Assembly (NCBI GenBank): GCA_013265495.1
Contig: MU058423.1
Location: forward strand, 4,634,793 to 4,698,792
Direction: 5' to 3'
Source of the DNA: Vicugna vicugna
Lineage: Eukaryota
DNA length: 64,000 nt
Part shown: piece by piece, positions 37,385-49,519 of the stretch
How the letters are laid out: each line of letters opens with the position of its first letter
Numbering within the stretch: the stretch's first letter is position 1
Notes under the pieces: generated by a model
Seen by the model: only the letters and a program-made list of their open reading frames with translations
Told to the model about the DNA's origin: nothing
Database searches by the model: none
Translations under genes and position numbers: made by a program

Positions 37385-38705
37385 CTTCACCAGCAGCCCT
37401 CCTCTGCGCTAAGTTGACAGCAACGCTTTCTTTCTAGTTGCACGATCAAGAGCTTCAGAGTCATCCTTGAACTGTCCTTTTGCCTCATCTGCGATTCCGA
37501 TCTGTGAGGAAGGCCTGTCAGCTCTACTTCAAAAATGAGCGCAGAGTTCTTACCACTTCTCGCGCCTCCACTACGTCACCCTGGCCCTAGACCCCGCCGC
37601 CTTGTGCCTGCCTCGCTGAAGGAGCTTCCTCAGAGGTGTTTCAGCTTCTGTCCTCATCCGCCATAAGTCTGTTCTCTACACCGCAGCCAGAGGGCCCCGC
37701 ATAGAACAGAAATCAGTCGTGTCGCTCTATTCGGAATCTCCCTTGGCTTTGCATGCCGCTCAGAGCAGAAGCCGGAAGTCACGATGGACGCGCGGCTCTC
37801 CATGAGTTGGCCCCTCGTTCTTTGCTGCTCTCTCGCGTCTTGTGCTCCACCCCAAGAGCTCCCGGGCAGACTCTGGCCCGGGCCTTTTCTGTGGCTCTCC
37901 CTTCTGTCTGGAAGGCTCTTTCCTTAAATATCTGCTTGGCCACCTTTTTCTACCGCTTCATTCAAGCAGCTACTCTTCAACCTTCTTGAGAAGGCCTGCC
38001 CTGATCATTCTGTGTCCTCACCCCCGGCCCCTCCCCTGAGCTACTTTCTCTACGCCACAGCACAGACGTACCATCTCTTGTGAATTGAGCTGTGTTCCTC
38101 CACAGAGAGTCGCATGTTGAAGTTCTAACTCTCTTTCCCTCAGAATGTGGCATTATTTGAAAATAGGATTATTGCAGATACAATTGGTGAAGATGAGGTC
38201 ACACGGGAATAGGGTGAGCCTCTAATTAAACAGGCATCCTTATAAATAGGGAGAACACAGACACACACAGGAAGAATGCCGTGCAATGATGAGGGCAAAG
38301 GTCAGGCTGAGGTGACTTTGAGCCAAGGAATGCCAAAGACTGCCAGCAAACCACCAGAGGCTAGAGGAGAGGCACGGAATAGATTCTCCCTTTCAGCCCC
38401 TAGAAGGGCTGGCCTGCACCATGATCTCAGGCTTCCAGCCTTCAGAGCTGTGAGATGATACGTTTTTGTTGTTGAAGCCACCCAGCTTGCTGTACCTTGG
38501 TATGGGAGCCCTAGCAAACTAAAATACCATCTTTTAATATCTTAGGTAATTTAATTTTTATTATTTTATATGGTTTACTGTCTGTCTTGCCTTGTTGGAA
38601 TGTAATCATCTCCAGGGCAGGGATCTTTGCGTATTTTGGTCACTAACAAAGATCTGTGCCTGGTATGCAGTATGGTATAGATAAATAATTATTGAATGAG
38701 TGACC
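37385..38705 (+). mobile_element. LINE-2 (L2a-like) 3' portion, split by an MLT1C insertion
   Basis: GAGTCATCCTTGA, CAGCTCTACTTCAAAA, CTACACCGCAGCCAGAG, CCCTTCTGTCTGGAAGGCTCTTTCC, then CCAGGGCAGGGATCTTTG...TTATTGAATGAGTGA. Confidence 0.8.
38076..38526 (+). mobile_element. MaLR solo LTR (MLT1C-like)
   Basis: CTCAGAATGTGGCATTATTTGAAAATAGG, AGCCAAGGAATGCCAAAGACTGCCAGCAAACCACCAGAGGCTAG and GCCCTAGCAAACTAA; perfect TSD CCATC at 38071-38075 and 38527-38531. Confidence 0.92.
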
Positions 38706-40020
38706 AGGAAACAAATTTGCTCTGTGAAATTATTTATACTGTATCAGGTTATGCTCAAAGAATGAATTACAAAGTTCTGTAATGTCCAAGTACAGCATGC
38801 CTCACTCAATTATAGACTTTTTGTTTTAACAGTCTGCTCTGAAACTGCTCATACAACACAGGGGGTCCGTGTTGCAAAGGAAAGAGAAAATGGACCACTT
38901 TTTGATGAATGCAGTTAGTAGATACATTTGTTGAATATTGTTAAATTAAAGAAGTTCCATTACAGTTTGAGCAGAACTTCGACAATAGTGCTAGTGAGAA
39001 TCTCTAAAAGATGCTTTGAGGAACTTTATTTGTTCTATAAAATAGCAAAAGAGCTTACAGGAAATGAAATGTTTAAATTGATAAGTGAATTCTTTGATAT
39101 ACACCAGATGTTAGGAAAACCGACATAAATTTGTGTGCCCTGACAGTGAGGGAACAATGACAGAAAGTTGTAAAGGCTTTTGCAGGCGGCTTACATTGTA
39201 AACCTGAAGGTTCAAGAAATACATTATTTTCTTCACAGTGCGGCTTTCCGGCGTAGACGTTTGCTGTAGGTCAGAATTCCACATGTTATCAAAATGTGGA
39301 TCTAATAAAAACTAAGCTGCTCCATCCTGTCTGCTTTCAGCTTTATGTAAAGAAATGGGATCAGACACCACTCTCTGCTGTTTCATAGTGAACTGTGTTG
39401 CTCATCTAAGGGAGGACTTTTGTCAAAAATTTATAAGCTGTAAGAATCAAAAACATTTTCATCTGAATGATTCTCATGTTAGCTATTTTGAAACATAGCT
39501 GTTGGCTTGCTAAATTTCATTGAGCTTCTAAATGAACTTATTGGAAACAGTAAGAATTCCATTAAACTATTAACATGTATGGAGTTTATAGATCAGATGA
39601 AAATGAAATCTTGAAAACATGGAGTGAAAAACATTTTACTGATAGTATTTAGTTGGTATTATAATGCTAATCTTAATGCAGAATCGTTAACATTCAGTAG
39701 AGCAACATTTGACTGTATGTAAGGAAAAGCCTCACATTATTTTGAAATACCCGACATAAAAAGCTGTATTAGATTTGAAATCCAAACACTTTATTGCAAG
39801 ATTTTTCAAAATTACACTTGTCAATGAATGGTCAAATAAAGAGCTGTTGGATGTCATGACATACAGGTTAAAGATAGGAAATGGTCTAAGTTCTGGCAAT
39901 GGTGAGAATTTTATCCACCAGTCAGGAAACTATTAATAATCTGCTGATATTTGCTACCTTTACTTGTGTGAAAAAAGTTTCTCATGAAAGGTTAAGTGAA
40001 GAAAATAGAAGAGGTCATTG
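38706..40020 (+). mobile_element. Fossil hAT (Charlie/Buster-type) transposase coding region
   Basis: Decayed translation gives KYSMPHSI near 38788 (like KKPHTI), TGNEMFKLISEFF near 39057, LCKEMGSD at 39343-39366, HSLLFHSEL..SKG (like LLHTEVRWLSRG) and YLCEKSFS at 39961-39984 (hAT dimerisation motif). Order matches ZBED5/FAM200/SCAND3-like transposases. Confidence 0.85.
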
Positions 40021-40023
40021 ATC

Positions 40024-40630
40024 TTGTTTACTTATTTCTGCATAGAAAAGAACTCTGAAACTTTGTGGCTTGAAGCAATAATTTATTATTGCTGACAGTC
40101 TGTAGATTGACTGAACACGGTACAGGTTGGCTTTGGATTTTTCATATGGTGACATCAGTTATCCACTGGGTCTACAGTCATTTGAAATGTGACTAAGCCA
40201 GGCGTCCAAGCTAGTTGGCAATTGACGTTGGCTGTTAGCTGCTGACCCCACTGGAGTTCACCTGAATGCCTACATTTGGCGTCTCCGTGCAGTTTAGATC
40301 TTTTCCTCGTGGCAGCTTGGTTCTGAAGTGGTCATCCCCAAAACAAGCTTCAATAGTCCCCACTGTCATGGCAGCTTGGTTCTGAAGTGGTCATCCCCAA
40401 AATAAACTTCAATAGTCCCCACTGGAAGTGCCAAAGCTTCTTACAAGACTTCATTTCAAAAGTTCAATAGTGTTACTCAAGCTGCATTTTATTGGTTAAA
40501 TGAGTTACTAGGAAAGTTCGAAATTCAATGAAGGGGAGCTAGATTCTGCTTCCTGCTGCGAGAGGTAGCATGCATACACTGCGAGGAAAGGAACCCATGG
40601 ACACCATCTTGGAGATGCTCTTCCCACATA
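40024..40630 (-). mobile_element. Old MaLR LTR (MLT1G/H-like)
   Basis: TGTGGCTTGAAGCAATAATTTATTATTGCTGACAGTCTG...CTGCATTTTATTGGTTAAATGAGTTAC...CCATCTTGGAGA...CCCACA. Confidence 0.65.
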
Positions 40631-40869
40631 AAGTTTTGATGAGAAATTGAATGTAATCACTTAAAGAATAAAATATGAATTAAAATATGCCCATTAAAGA
40701 AAATTTAAGTTAATAATTAATAATAAAAATATTTCATTTAAAAATAGGATATACTTCATGAATAGGATTAATGAGTGTCTTTCTCTTAAGATAGACTCAA
40801 TAAATGTTGGCTATTATTGGATGTTGAGTTTTCAATATTGGACTTGTGGTTAAAGCTGTCAGAATAGCA

Positions 40870-41120
40870 ATGATAACATCTAACATTTATTCGATAATTA
40901 ATGGATTCCAGGCACCATTCCAAGTGATTTGCAAATATTAACTTACTTAAGGTTTTACAATTACCCACGAGGTAAGTATTATTACTAGTTCCATGACAGA
41001 ACTGAGACACAGAAAGTTTAAGTAAGTTGCCCAAAATTACACAGCAAATGCGTGATGGAGCAAGTATATAATGCAGACTCTGATTTCAGAGACAAGGCTC
41101 TTAAACAGTATTCTATACTA
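40870..41120 (-). mobile_element. MIR SINE
   Basis: TTCCAGGCACCATTCCAAGTG...GAGGTAAGTATTATTA...AACTGAGACACAGAAAGTTTAAGTAAGTTGCCCAAAATTACACAGC. Confidence 0.85.
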
Positions 41121-41249
41121 TGCAGATTATACTTCAGTGAGAAGAAAATATAGACACATCAATGGCAGAAAAAATCAAATCACAGATTGTTCAACTTCAT
41201 GCTCACTTATCCTATAATGTACTTGGTGAATAATATTGTGTTTCCATTT

Positions 41250-42260
41250 AAATGGTAACACCCAGAACCCAGGTCTTAGTTCTTAACGCCATTCTTCAGT
41301 GAAAGAAATCAGGGGTTCTTGGAGAAATGGCTGAATCTAGGGCTGGGATAGGATATATACAAGGTAAGCCTGGAACATTTTGTGGTGCCAGGAAGTAAGG
41401 AAATGCTTTAAAACAAAAAAGAAGTAATACCGGGGCTTTTCAAAAGGACACAGGAACCAACATGAAAGAGCTCTCAGGAGCCAAATTGGAACCAAGCTGA
41501 GCAACAAAATAAATAAATTAGTATAACTCAAAGCATATAATAACTATTCACAAGACCATCCTGATATAAATAAATGGAGAAGAGACAAATCATTCTTAGA
41601 AAAAAAAATCCAAACAATGTATGTAACTCCTCCACCTCTAGGAGGTGCAGCTTAACCTTCTACATCCATAGGGTGGGCTGGATTTAATGACTCATTTCTA
41701 AAAAGCAGAATCTGGAAAGGGAAAAATGGTAATTTTACAGTGATGAAAACTGACAGACACCACCTTAAGCAAGAAATCAAGGTTAACTTCATTAGTGAGC
41801 AATTGTGTTGACATCATGTATTCCCTGACATGGTGTGATGAGAAGGGCACTAATCATGAGAAAACATCAAAAAAAAAAAAATCCAAATTGAGGGATGCCT
41901 TATGGGATGTGGAACCAGTAGTCTTCAAAGTGTCAAGACCATGAAAAACAAGGAAAGACTAAGAAGCTATCACAAATCAGAGGAGACCAAGGAGACAAGA
42001 GGTCTAAATGTGACACATTGAGTTGCATCATGGAATGGAAAAGGATGCTGGTGCAAACACTCATGGAATCTGAAGAAAATATGTGCTTTGGTTAATAATT
42101 TTTAGTTTAAGTTAAAATTACGTAGTTTTAAAAAATGCACCATAGTTATATAAAATGTTAATATTAAGGGAAGCTGGGTGAAGGATATACTGGAATTCTC
42201 TATATTATCTCTGAAGCTAGTATGTAAATCTTAAACTATTCCCCTTAAATTTTTAAGAAA
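41250..42260 (+). mobile_element. LINE-1 3'UTR (L1MC/L1MD-like)
   Basis: GGGGTTCTTGGAGAAATGGCTGAATCTAGGGCTGGG, AAAAGGACACAGGAACCAAC, CACCTTAAGCAAGAAATCAAGGTTAAC and GGGAAGCTGGGTGAAGGATATA. Confidence 0.8.
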
Positions 42261-43689
42261 TAATAATGAAGCATAGCATGTCTGTTCATACAGTATATTC
42301 CCTAATTAAAGTATATGCACAAACACACAAACAAAAAGGAAAACAGGCTAGAAGAAAATCTATCATCAAATATTAACTGTGGTTATCTCTGGGTTTTAAG
42401 ATTAATTTTTCTCCTCTTAATATTTGTCTATATTTTTAATTGCCTATAATAAGCATATTTTACTTTCATAATTAAAAATGTGAAAAAATGAAAAGCAATG
42501 TTGTGTAAATACAGCGTTTGAACAGCATTTGTTAGAGTTCTCAGAATGTTAATTGATGCGAATGAGAATGTTGACTAACGTTTTCAAGTACTTAAGAACA
42601 AGTACAGTGGGAGCTGGAACACTAGTTGGGTGACGCACCTGGAGGGCGTAGAGTTGCTTTCTGTTTTCTAATCCTTCATCACTTTTGAGAAAGTAGAGTC
42701 AGTGCTATTGATGCTTTCTTCCCATTCTTAAAACAAAAGAACTAGCCTTGCAAATTGTTGAGTTTGTTTGAACCTCATTTGCCTCATTTGGTGCTAAATT
42801 AAGAAAACCAACTACAGGGTAGAGCTCGAATGACATCTATGAGTACTTTGTAAAGAATTACACAAACGTTACAGATTATTACTAGCAGTAGTATTAATAC
42901 AGAGGTAACAGTAGTAACAGTGGTTGCAATTTGCTGCTATTATTGTTCAGTGTTGTTCAGTGCAATGCAGTATTGCAGATCCTGTGTTGGATCCTGGAAT
43001 GGAAAAAAATCATGAATAGAACTATCAAGTGCCCACGTTGCAAATAATGGTTCCTCCACAAATTCACTTCTTTCATTTTACTTTGGCTGCTCTCAGTTCT
43101 GGAAGTAACATACAGGACCGAAGCAATGCTGGAAAACTCACCTTCACTGTCTCGTGGTTATGTCTATTAGAGCACTCAGTACGCTGCCAGATACTTATTT
43201 ACATGTCTGTTTATGTCAGTATTCGGGGCTTTCTGAGGACAGGGCCTTGTCTTAGCCACCCTTGTGTGCTCTGCAGCTCCCAGGACAACTTTTTTCTTCT
43301 CAGCATATATCAAGTATACAAAAATATTTACTATATTGAATTATTAGTATATTATGCAGACAGATTTAGAATTATGTTTCAAGGTCCCTGGAAAACAACC
43401 AGAATTTAGATGGTAACATCATATTCCAAGAAAGTGATAATACATTTCAGAAGAGCTGTTTGAGTTGTGAAATGCCTCTTGTTGGCATCATAAAAAATAA
43501 ATGCAAAGTTATTTTTTAATGTGCAGCGAAGTGCTGGTGAAAACAAGGGATGGGACCTGCAGGTTTTTATAACACTTGCAGGTGACTGATCAAGCTCACG
43601 CTCTGTGCTGTGAGCTGTAAGGGGCCATGACGTCCTCAGGAAGTGATGGAGATGGGCTTAAATAATGAAGATTATTTTAGGTTTTACTA

Positions 43690-43855
43690 CTTGCCAGACA
43701 CTTTTGTGAAGCCTTTTGTCTCATGTTGTTTGAAATTTCACATACTTGAATGAGACAAGTATTATTACCCCCATCTTTTAGATAAAGAAATAGGTTAAGA
43801 CATTTCACACTTGTTCAAGGTCACACAGAGGTAAGGTCAGTCTGACCTCTGTATC
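43690..43855 (-). mobile_element. MIR SINE
   Basis: TATTATTACCCCCATCTTTTAGATAAAGAAA...CTTGTTCAAGGTCACACAG. Confidence 0.7.
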
Positions 43856-43901
43856 CTAAACAAGGATATCTTTGCATAATATCAGTTTCTTATAGACCAT
43901 G

Positions 43902-44276
43902 TGTATTAGTCTGCTTGGGCTCCAGAACAAAGTATCATAGATTGGGTGCTTTAAGCAATAGAAATTAATTGTTTTTTCTATAGTTCTGGAGGCTGGGAAG
44001 TTCAAGATTAAGATGCTGGCCAGTTTGGTTCTTGATGAGGGCTCTCCTCCCGGCTTGTAGATGCCACCTTCTCTCTGTGTCCTTACGTGGTGCAGAGACA
44101 TCAAGTTTGCTGGTGTCTCTTCTTACTAGGGCACTAGACCTGTTATGGGCATCACAACTTCATGACCTCATCAATCCTAGTTACCTACTGAAGGACACAC
44201 CTCCAAAGGCCATCACGTTGAGGGTTAGAGCTTCAATCTATGAATTTTGAGGGACACAAACATTCAGTCTATAACA
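43902..44276 (-). mobile_element. MaLR solo LTR (MLT1A-like), complete
   Basis: TGTATTAGTCTGCTTGGGCT...AGTTCTGGAGGCTGGGAAGTTCAAGAT...GGACACAAACATTCAGTCTATAACA, 375 bp; perfect TSD CCATG at 43897-43901 and 44277-44281. Confidence 0.93.
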
Positions 44277-44942
44277 CCATGATAATAAATTCAAAGTATT
44301 AGCTTTTTGTCTTGAGATGTTTAGTCTAGAGTTTTGTGTAGGTACTTTCAAAGGGTATAGCCTTTAAAAGGGCATCTTCTGTTTTGTAGTATCAGATAGA
44401 ACTGATTTAATCAGGGGGAAAAAAGATTCCTAACATGATAGTAAAATATGCGGGCTTTTGTGAATTGAGTTAAAAATCAGACAAAGAAAAACGTTTAAAA
44501 GTCACATTTTTTTTTAATTCTTCTAAAAGTAGAGGTTAATACCAACCTGTAGCTGCTTTCAGTAGTCAGTCTGTATTCATCCTTGCTGATTGCCTTTCTG
44601 TCTCTTAGGAGTTCCCGGCTCCGCTCTACCTGGTGAATGCACTCCTTTAATGAGAATTTGTTGAGTGTTGTGCTTGACAAGCACAGCAATTGACCACTTT
44701 CATGTATTTTCTATGATTAAGTAATTAATTCCCATTGGTAGATCTCTCTGTGTCCCTGTATGGAGATGCAGAATAAAGAAAAATAAAGGAACTGACATGA
44801 CTGCTTTAACCCTTGACTGGAGACTCCTCGTTGGAATTTTGTTTTCTTCCTTATGCATAAAGCTTCTGCATAAATCTGTGGGCTGGAGATTAAATTCTGA
44901 ATGCTGTGTTACCACTTAAAGACAGATTTACTCCAGAGGCTT

Positions 44943-44985
44943 AGAGAGAGAGAGAGACAGGGAGAGAGAGAGAGGGAGTGAGAGA
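44943..44985. repeat. Imperfect (GA)n microsatellite
   Basis: Read directly from the sequence. Confidence 0.9.
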
Positions 44986-47138
44986 ATGAAAAAGAGCAAT
45001 GACAGGAAACGCCTTCCTCCTGACTTTGTGTGTTTATAGTGAAGGAAGGAAAGAGGCTATAGAGAATTCCCTTGACTGTGCGCCTAGACTCCTCTGCAAA
45101 TTAACTTACACGTTTCAAAGTAAGCTTAAAGTGACAAACATATTGGAGGAAAGAATCTCAAGTATATCTTTTATTCCTTCTCTAATGACCCACAAATGAA
45201 AATTCTGTTTAAACATCTTAAATGTATTCTTGCTTTTGTGTGTGTGTCCTTTGAGAAGAAATCTTGTTGTCTCTCCATTTATAATTTGCTGAACTTTAGT
45301 TATTGTAATTCCATAGGACCAGGCAAAATGACTCAAACTCAGAATGAGTTTGGGGCGGTTTGATGCAGATTTTGCTCATTTTTCAACAATCAAATCAGTG
45401 TGCTATGTTCACTGCTTGGGAAGCAGTTTTACTGAAGCATCATTCAGGGAAGGAACATTGCCAAATCTTTTTTAAAATGACTGTTGTCTTAATTAAATCT
45501 TACAGCCCAAATTTCTACTCTCCCAGCCACACAAACAAAAGAATTCTATAACGTCCAGTTGAAAAATAACCAAATCAAATCCCAGGCTGTAGCTTACACA
45601 TTTTAAATGGAAGGATTCCAGAAATAACAGAAAATAACAGGGTTATTTTATTGAGGATAAACAAATTATAAAAAAATAAGCACTTAAATAACTGTTTCAA
45701 ACTCAAACAATATCTGAGCCAGATGAAGTTGCTTCCACACGAGACCTTAAGAGGCATGCATGCTCCAGTCTGGTTCCAAATATTTGCCCAAACATTACAT
45801 TTACCTCAAGCCATTAACCAATGGTGGATGAGAAAAATAAAAGAATGGAATTGCTTGCACGTTCATTGGCCAAAATACAAACTCCTCACGTACTTGGGTC
45901 CTCTCTTATGGCTTAATTTTTTGGTTGTTTGTACTGTATTTACTCTCAGCATTCTTGATTACTTTTTGTTTTTTCTTTCTTTCTTCTAGTGTTCTTAGAT
46001 GTCTTGGTTCAGTTCCCTATCAAGGAAAAGAAACACAGGGCTGCCATATTTCTTTTGACTTAGAGGCCCAGGAATCTGGTTGGGAATTCTGCCTGAAACT
46101 CATTGCATTGCCGCTGAGTGAATGATAGTTTTGAACATGTGTTCCACATGGTGGGTTTTATGGAATAGATGGAGTTAACTACAAGAGACTATAATACTTT
46201 GAATTTAATACAAAAAAGAACTCTTTATTAAAACAGCGAAACATTAAGCAGGACTCCTAAGTGTTATCTTTAAAAGATGATACAAAGAGATGAAGATTTT
46301 GAAGAAAACAAACATCTAGGTGCGATTAGATACCTTTTTCATTATCTGTAATTGCTACCTACTTACTCCAAACCCAATCTTATTAGACTCTGATGAGAAT
46401 GTTACTTCGAAGCTCACTAATTTCTCTTAACGTAGGGGTAAAACAAAACTTTCTGGATCATGGAAATGTGCACAGGGATCAGAAGGAGCTTCCATCAACT
46501 TGCTTGATTTTGTTTCCTGTTGTAACTTTCCTCTTTCACTAAGGCCTCCACTTGTGTCTCCAGGACTCTCCATCAGCCATGTAGCTAGGACTTTCTTTAA
46601 AATCAAAGAAGGAAGAAATTATAGTCATAGCGACCTGAAGTTCTTTGATTATCACCTTCCAGTGTTTGTTAAATTGTACCTGTTCTTTACGGCGCTTTTC
46701 CCAATGCCAAATTTATTGCAAAAAGTCTGTAAGAAAAAAAATCACACTTAGATTTTTTTGAGAAAAGTTTTTCATACTGTTTCAAGTTTTGAAATTTATT
46801 AGCAATTAATGTCCAAAAGATTATAGAAAATATCAGAAGGTATAAATTAAGTGCTAATTTTAATACAGCTTATTCTCAGTAATTTAGAGACAACCCTATC
46901 GTTGGATTATGAATCCACCAGTTAGTTGTCTAAGCTTTTTAAGTCTGGTTTCTACTACAAATTTCACTGCTTCACAGCAAAAGCCAAGGAGATACATTGG
47001 AAAGAGAAACTGTTGCTGCTGTGCTCGGGGATCAGTGAAGAGCAAAATAAGGAACAATCACATGAAAATGCCAAATTTCTTTCCTAGGTGATTACTTAAT
47101 TTGAGATTGTAAATTCCTGGTTATATTTGTTATATGGT

Positions 47139-47282
47139 GGGGAGGGTGTAGCTCAAGTGGCAGAGCGCAGGCCTAGCATGCACGAGGTCCTGGGTTCAAT
47201 CCCCAGTACCTCCTCTAAAAATAAATGAATAAATCTAATTACCTCCCCCCTCAGAAAACAAACAAAAAACAATAAAAAATTA
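47139..47282 (+). mobile_element. tRNA-Ala-derived SINE, Vic-1-like (camelid)
   Basis: GGGGAGGGTGTAGCTCAAGTGGCAGAGCGCAGGCCTAGCATGCACGAGGTCCTGGGTTCAATCCCCAGTACCTCCTCTAAAAATAAA; highly similar to the 31128 copy, including the non-tRNA tail. Confidence 0.9.
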
Positions 47283-47339
47283 ACACAGATAGAAATTCAG
47301 AGCTTTTATAAACAACCTTTCTCTTGCTTTGTTTTCCCT

Positions 47340-48310
47340 CACTTGGATAGCAATTTTTTTTCTGTCCAACATGTTGCAAATATTGTTCCTAATTTTTTTT
47401 TTAATTTTTGTCTAGGGTATCATTTTCTAAACAAAAATGTTTAATTTCTGCTTGGTCAAATACATCCACCTCATTTCTTAGATAGTCTGAATTTTCCATT
47501 TTGGTTAAGAAGTTTTCTTGACTCAAAGTTATCTACATATCTATTTTTCCCTGTGTACTTTGTTTTATATTTAATCTGTTAATCCATCTGGAATTTATTT
47601 TTGTATCTTTTCAGTGTGAAGCACCAGTTCAACTTTATTTTCTGCCAGATGGATAGCCAATTATGCCAACATCATTCATTAAATAAACTATATTTCTGCT
47701 GATTAATTTAAAATTACCTTTGTTAAATAGTGGATCTCCACGTATGCTGTGAATTATTTCTGTACTATTTTATTCCGTGATTTATTTTTTCTGCCTATGA
47801 TGATGCTATTGAATTACAGAGAATTTGTACTAATATTTAATATCAGATAGTATATATGCTCTCTTATTACAGTGTTTCTTTACAATTTCTTGTCATTCTG
47901 TCACATTAACTTTAAGAGAATTTTATCCGTCCTCCTCATCTCTTAAAAAATTTTGATATTGGAATTGAAGGTATATATTAATTTGGAGGAAATTCACATT
48001 TTAGTGATATTAAGTTTTTCCATTCAAGATGACATCTTTTCATTTTTTTGTGCTCAGTTTTGTGACTTTTAATAAGAAGGCTTTGTATGAGGTTCTTCAC
48101 ATAAATCTTGATTTTTTTGTTTAAATTAATGCCTTGGTATTTGATTTTTTTTTTTACTATTGTGAATGAATTATTTTGTCCCATTCCAATTTAAAATAGT
48201 TTTAGTAGTATAGAAAAAGTTATTGACTTTTGTATTATGTCTTATATTTATCCTCCTTACCAATCTTTCTGCTAAGTCTCAGTAGCTCTGTTACTGGAGT
48301 ATTTTGTTTC
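47340..48310 (-). mobile_element. Ancient LINE-1 (L1ME-like) ORF2 fragment
   Basis: Minus-strand ORF 47978-48184 contains KIKYQGINLNK (like KYLGINL); also TAATCCATCTGGAATTTATTTTTGT. Confidence 0.75.
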
Positions 48311-49519
48311 TGTTTTTGCTTTTTATGTTTGTATGTTTGAGGGTCTAGGATGGGAAATTAGCATTGCTATAAAATGAATGTGTAGAAAAATAGTTAGCAG
48401 ATATTATAGCTTGTTAATTGATATTTGTAAAAGTGAAAAAAAATTAAGTCCTTTATTCCCCATTTAAAATATAAAGCATCAGGCTTGACATTCACATCAC
48501 AGAGTTTCTTCCATGCTGATTAAAAGTTACCTCAGGATATGACACAGAAAATTAAAAGGGAACTCTACCTCTTTTTGATCCTGAGAGGATTATGGGTTGA
48601 AGTAACTGAAAGAAGATTAGAGTGAAGTTGGAGAGATACTGGATGAAATCTATGGGTCCATAAGATCTTGTTTGTCAGCCTTGAAATCCTAGATGGGGGG
48701 CGACGCTTGCCCGATTCCCAGTTAGTCATCTGCAGAGATCACAAGGCAGAATAACTCTATGCCAATGTGGGATCATGGTCCACCATGGAGAGGCTCTATT
48801 CTGTATGTGAGAACTTCCCTTGGGTCCTTGTGTGGCATGGACACAGATTTGAGTACCAGTAAGAATGCCATAAAGCCATGGAGGAAACCAGATGTCATCA
48901 GAGCAGAATTTTTGGTGGAGCAGGGTTGGGGAGGGGAGGAGCAGCTGAATCAGGTGCCAGATGGAGTATTATGGGGACTGAGAATGGTCTTCAGCATCAC
49001 TGTGAGCCCAGCAAAGGTTTAGTCAGCAGAGAGGGGCCAAGAAGAAGAGTTAATAGAAGAACTAGAAGAAATAGAAGATGGGAGGGAGAGAAAGAGGAGA
49101 TCAGAAAAATTATAAGAAAGCATTTTTCTCAATATTAAAAACTTAAAAAAAAAAAGAAATGAAATACTTGGAATTTTTACCAGCACAGTTATGAGGAACA
49201 AAAGATCTCCGAGAAATCTCTGCAATTCCCTATTGTGAATTCTACATAAATCTGAGCTCTGAAAGAAAAACCACGTGAATCCAACTGCGTCATGACTCAG
49301 GAGAACTGTATTAAGATCAGCAGCCTGAACTTTTGTTAAGGAATTGATGGCTCAGGGGTGAGGTGTGATGGGGTAGGAATGACATTTTAAAAAATTATTA
49401 GCCTTATAGAACTATTTCACTTTTTAAGCTAGCTATGCATCTAAAACAATTATAGAAAGAGCGTTGAATGACATAACAGAATAATTTTACTTTAGAAGAA
49501 AAAAACTGCTTTGGATCGG

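Noticed and set aside
38706..40020. Domesticated ZBED5/FAM200-like gene
   Set aside because: The reading frame is shattered (longest ORF about 66 aa) and key residues such as the RW motif are lost; this is a fossil transposon, not a functional gene.
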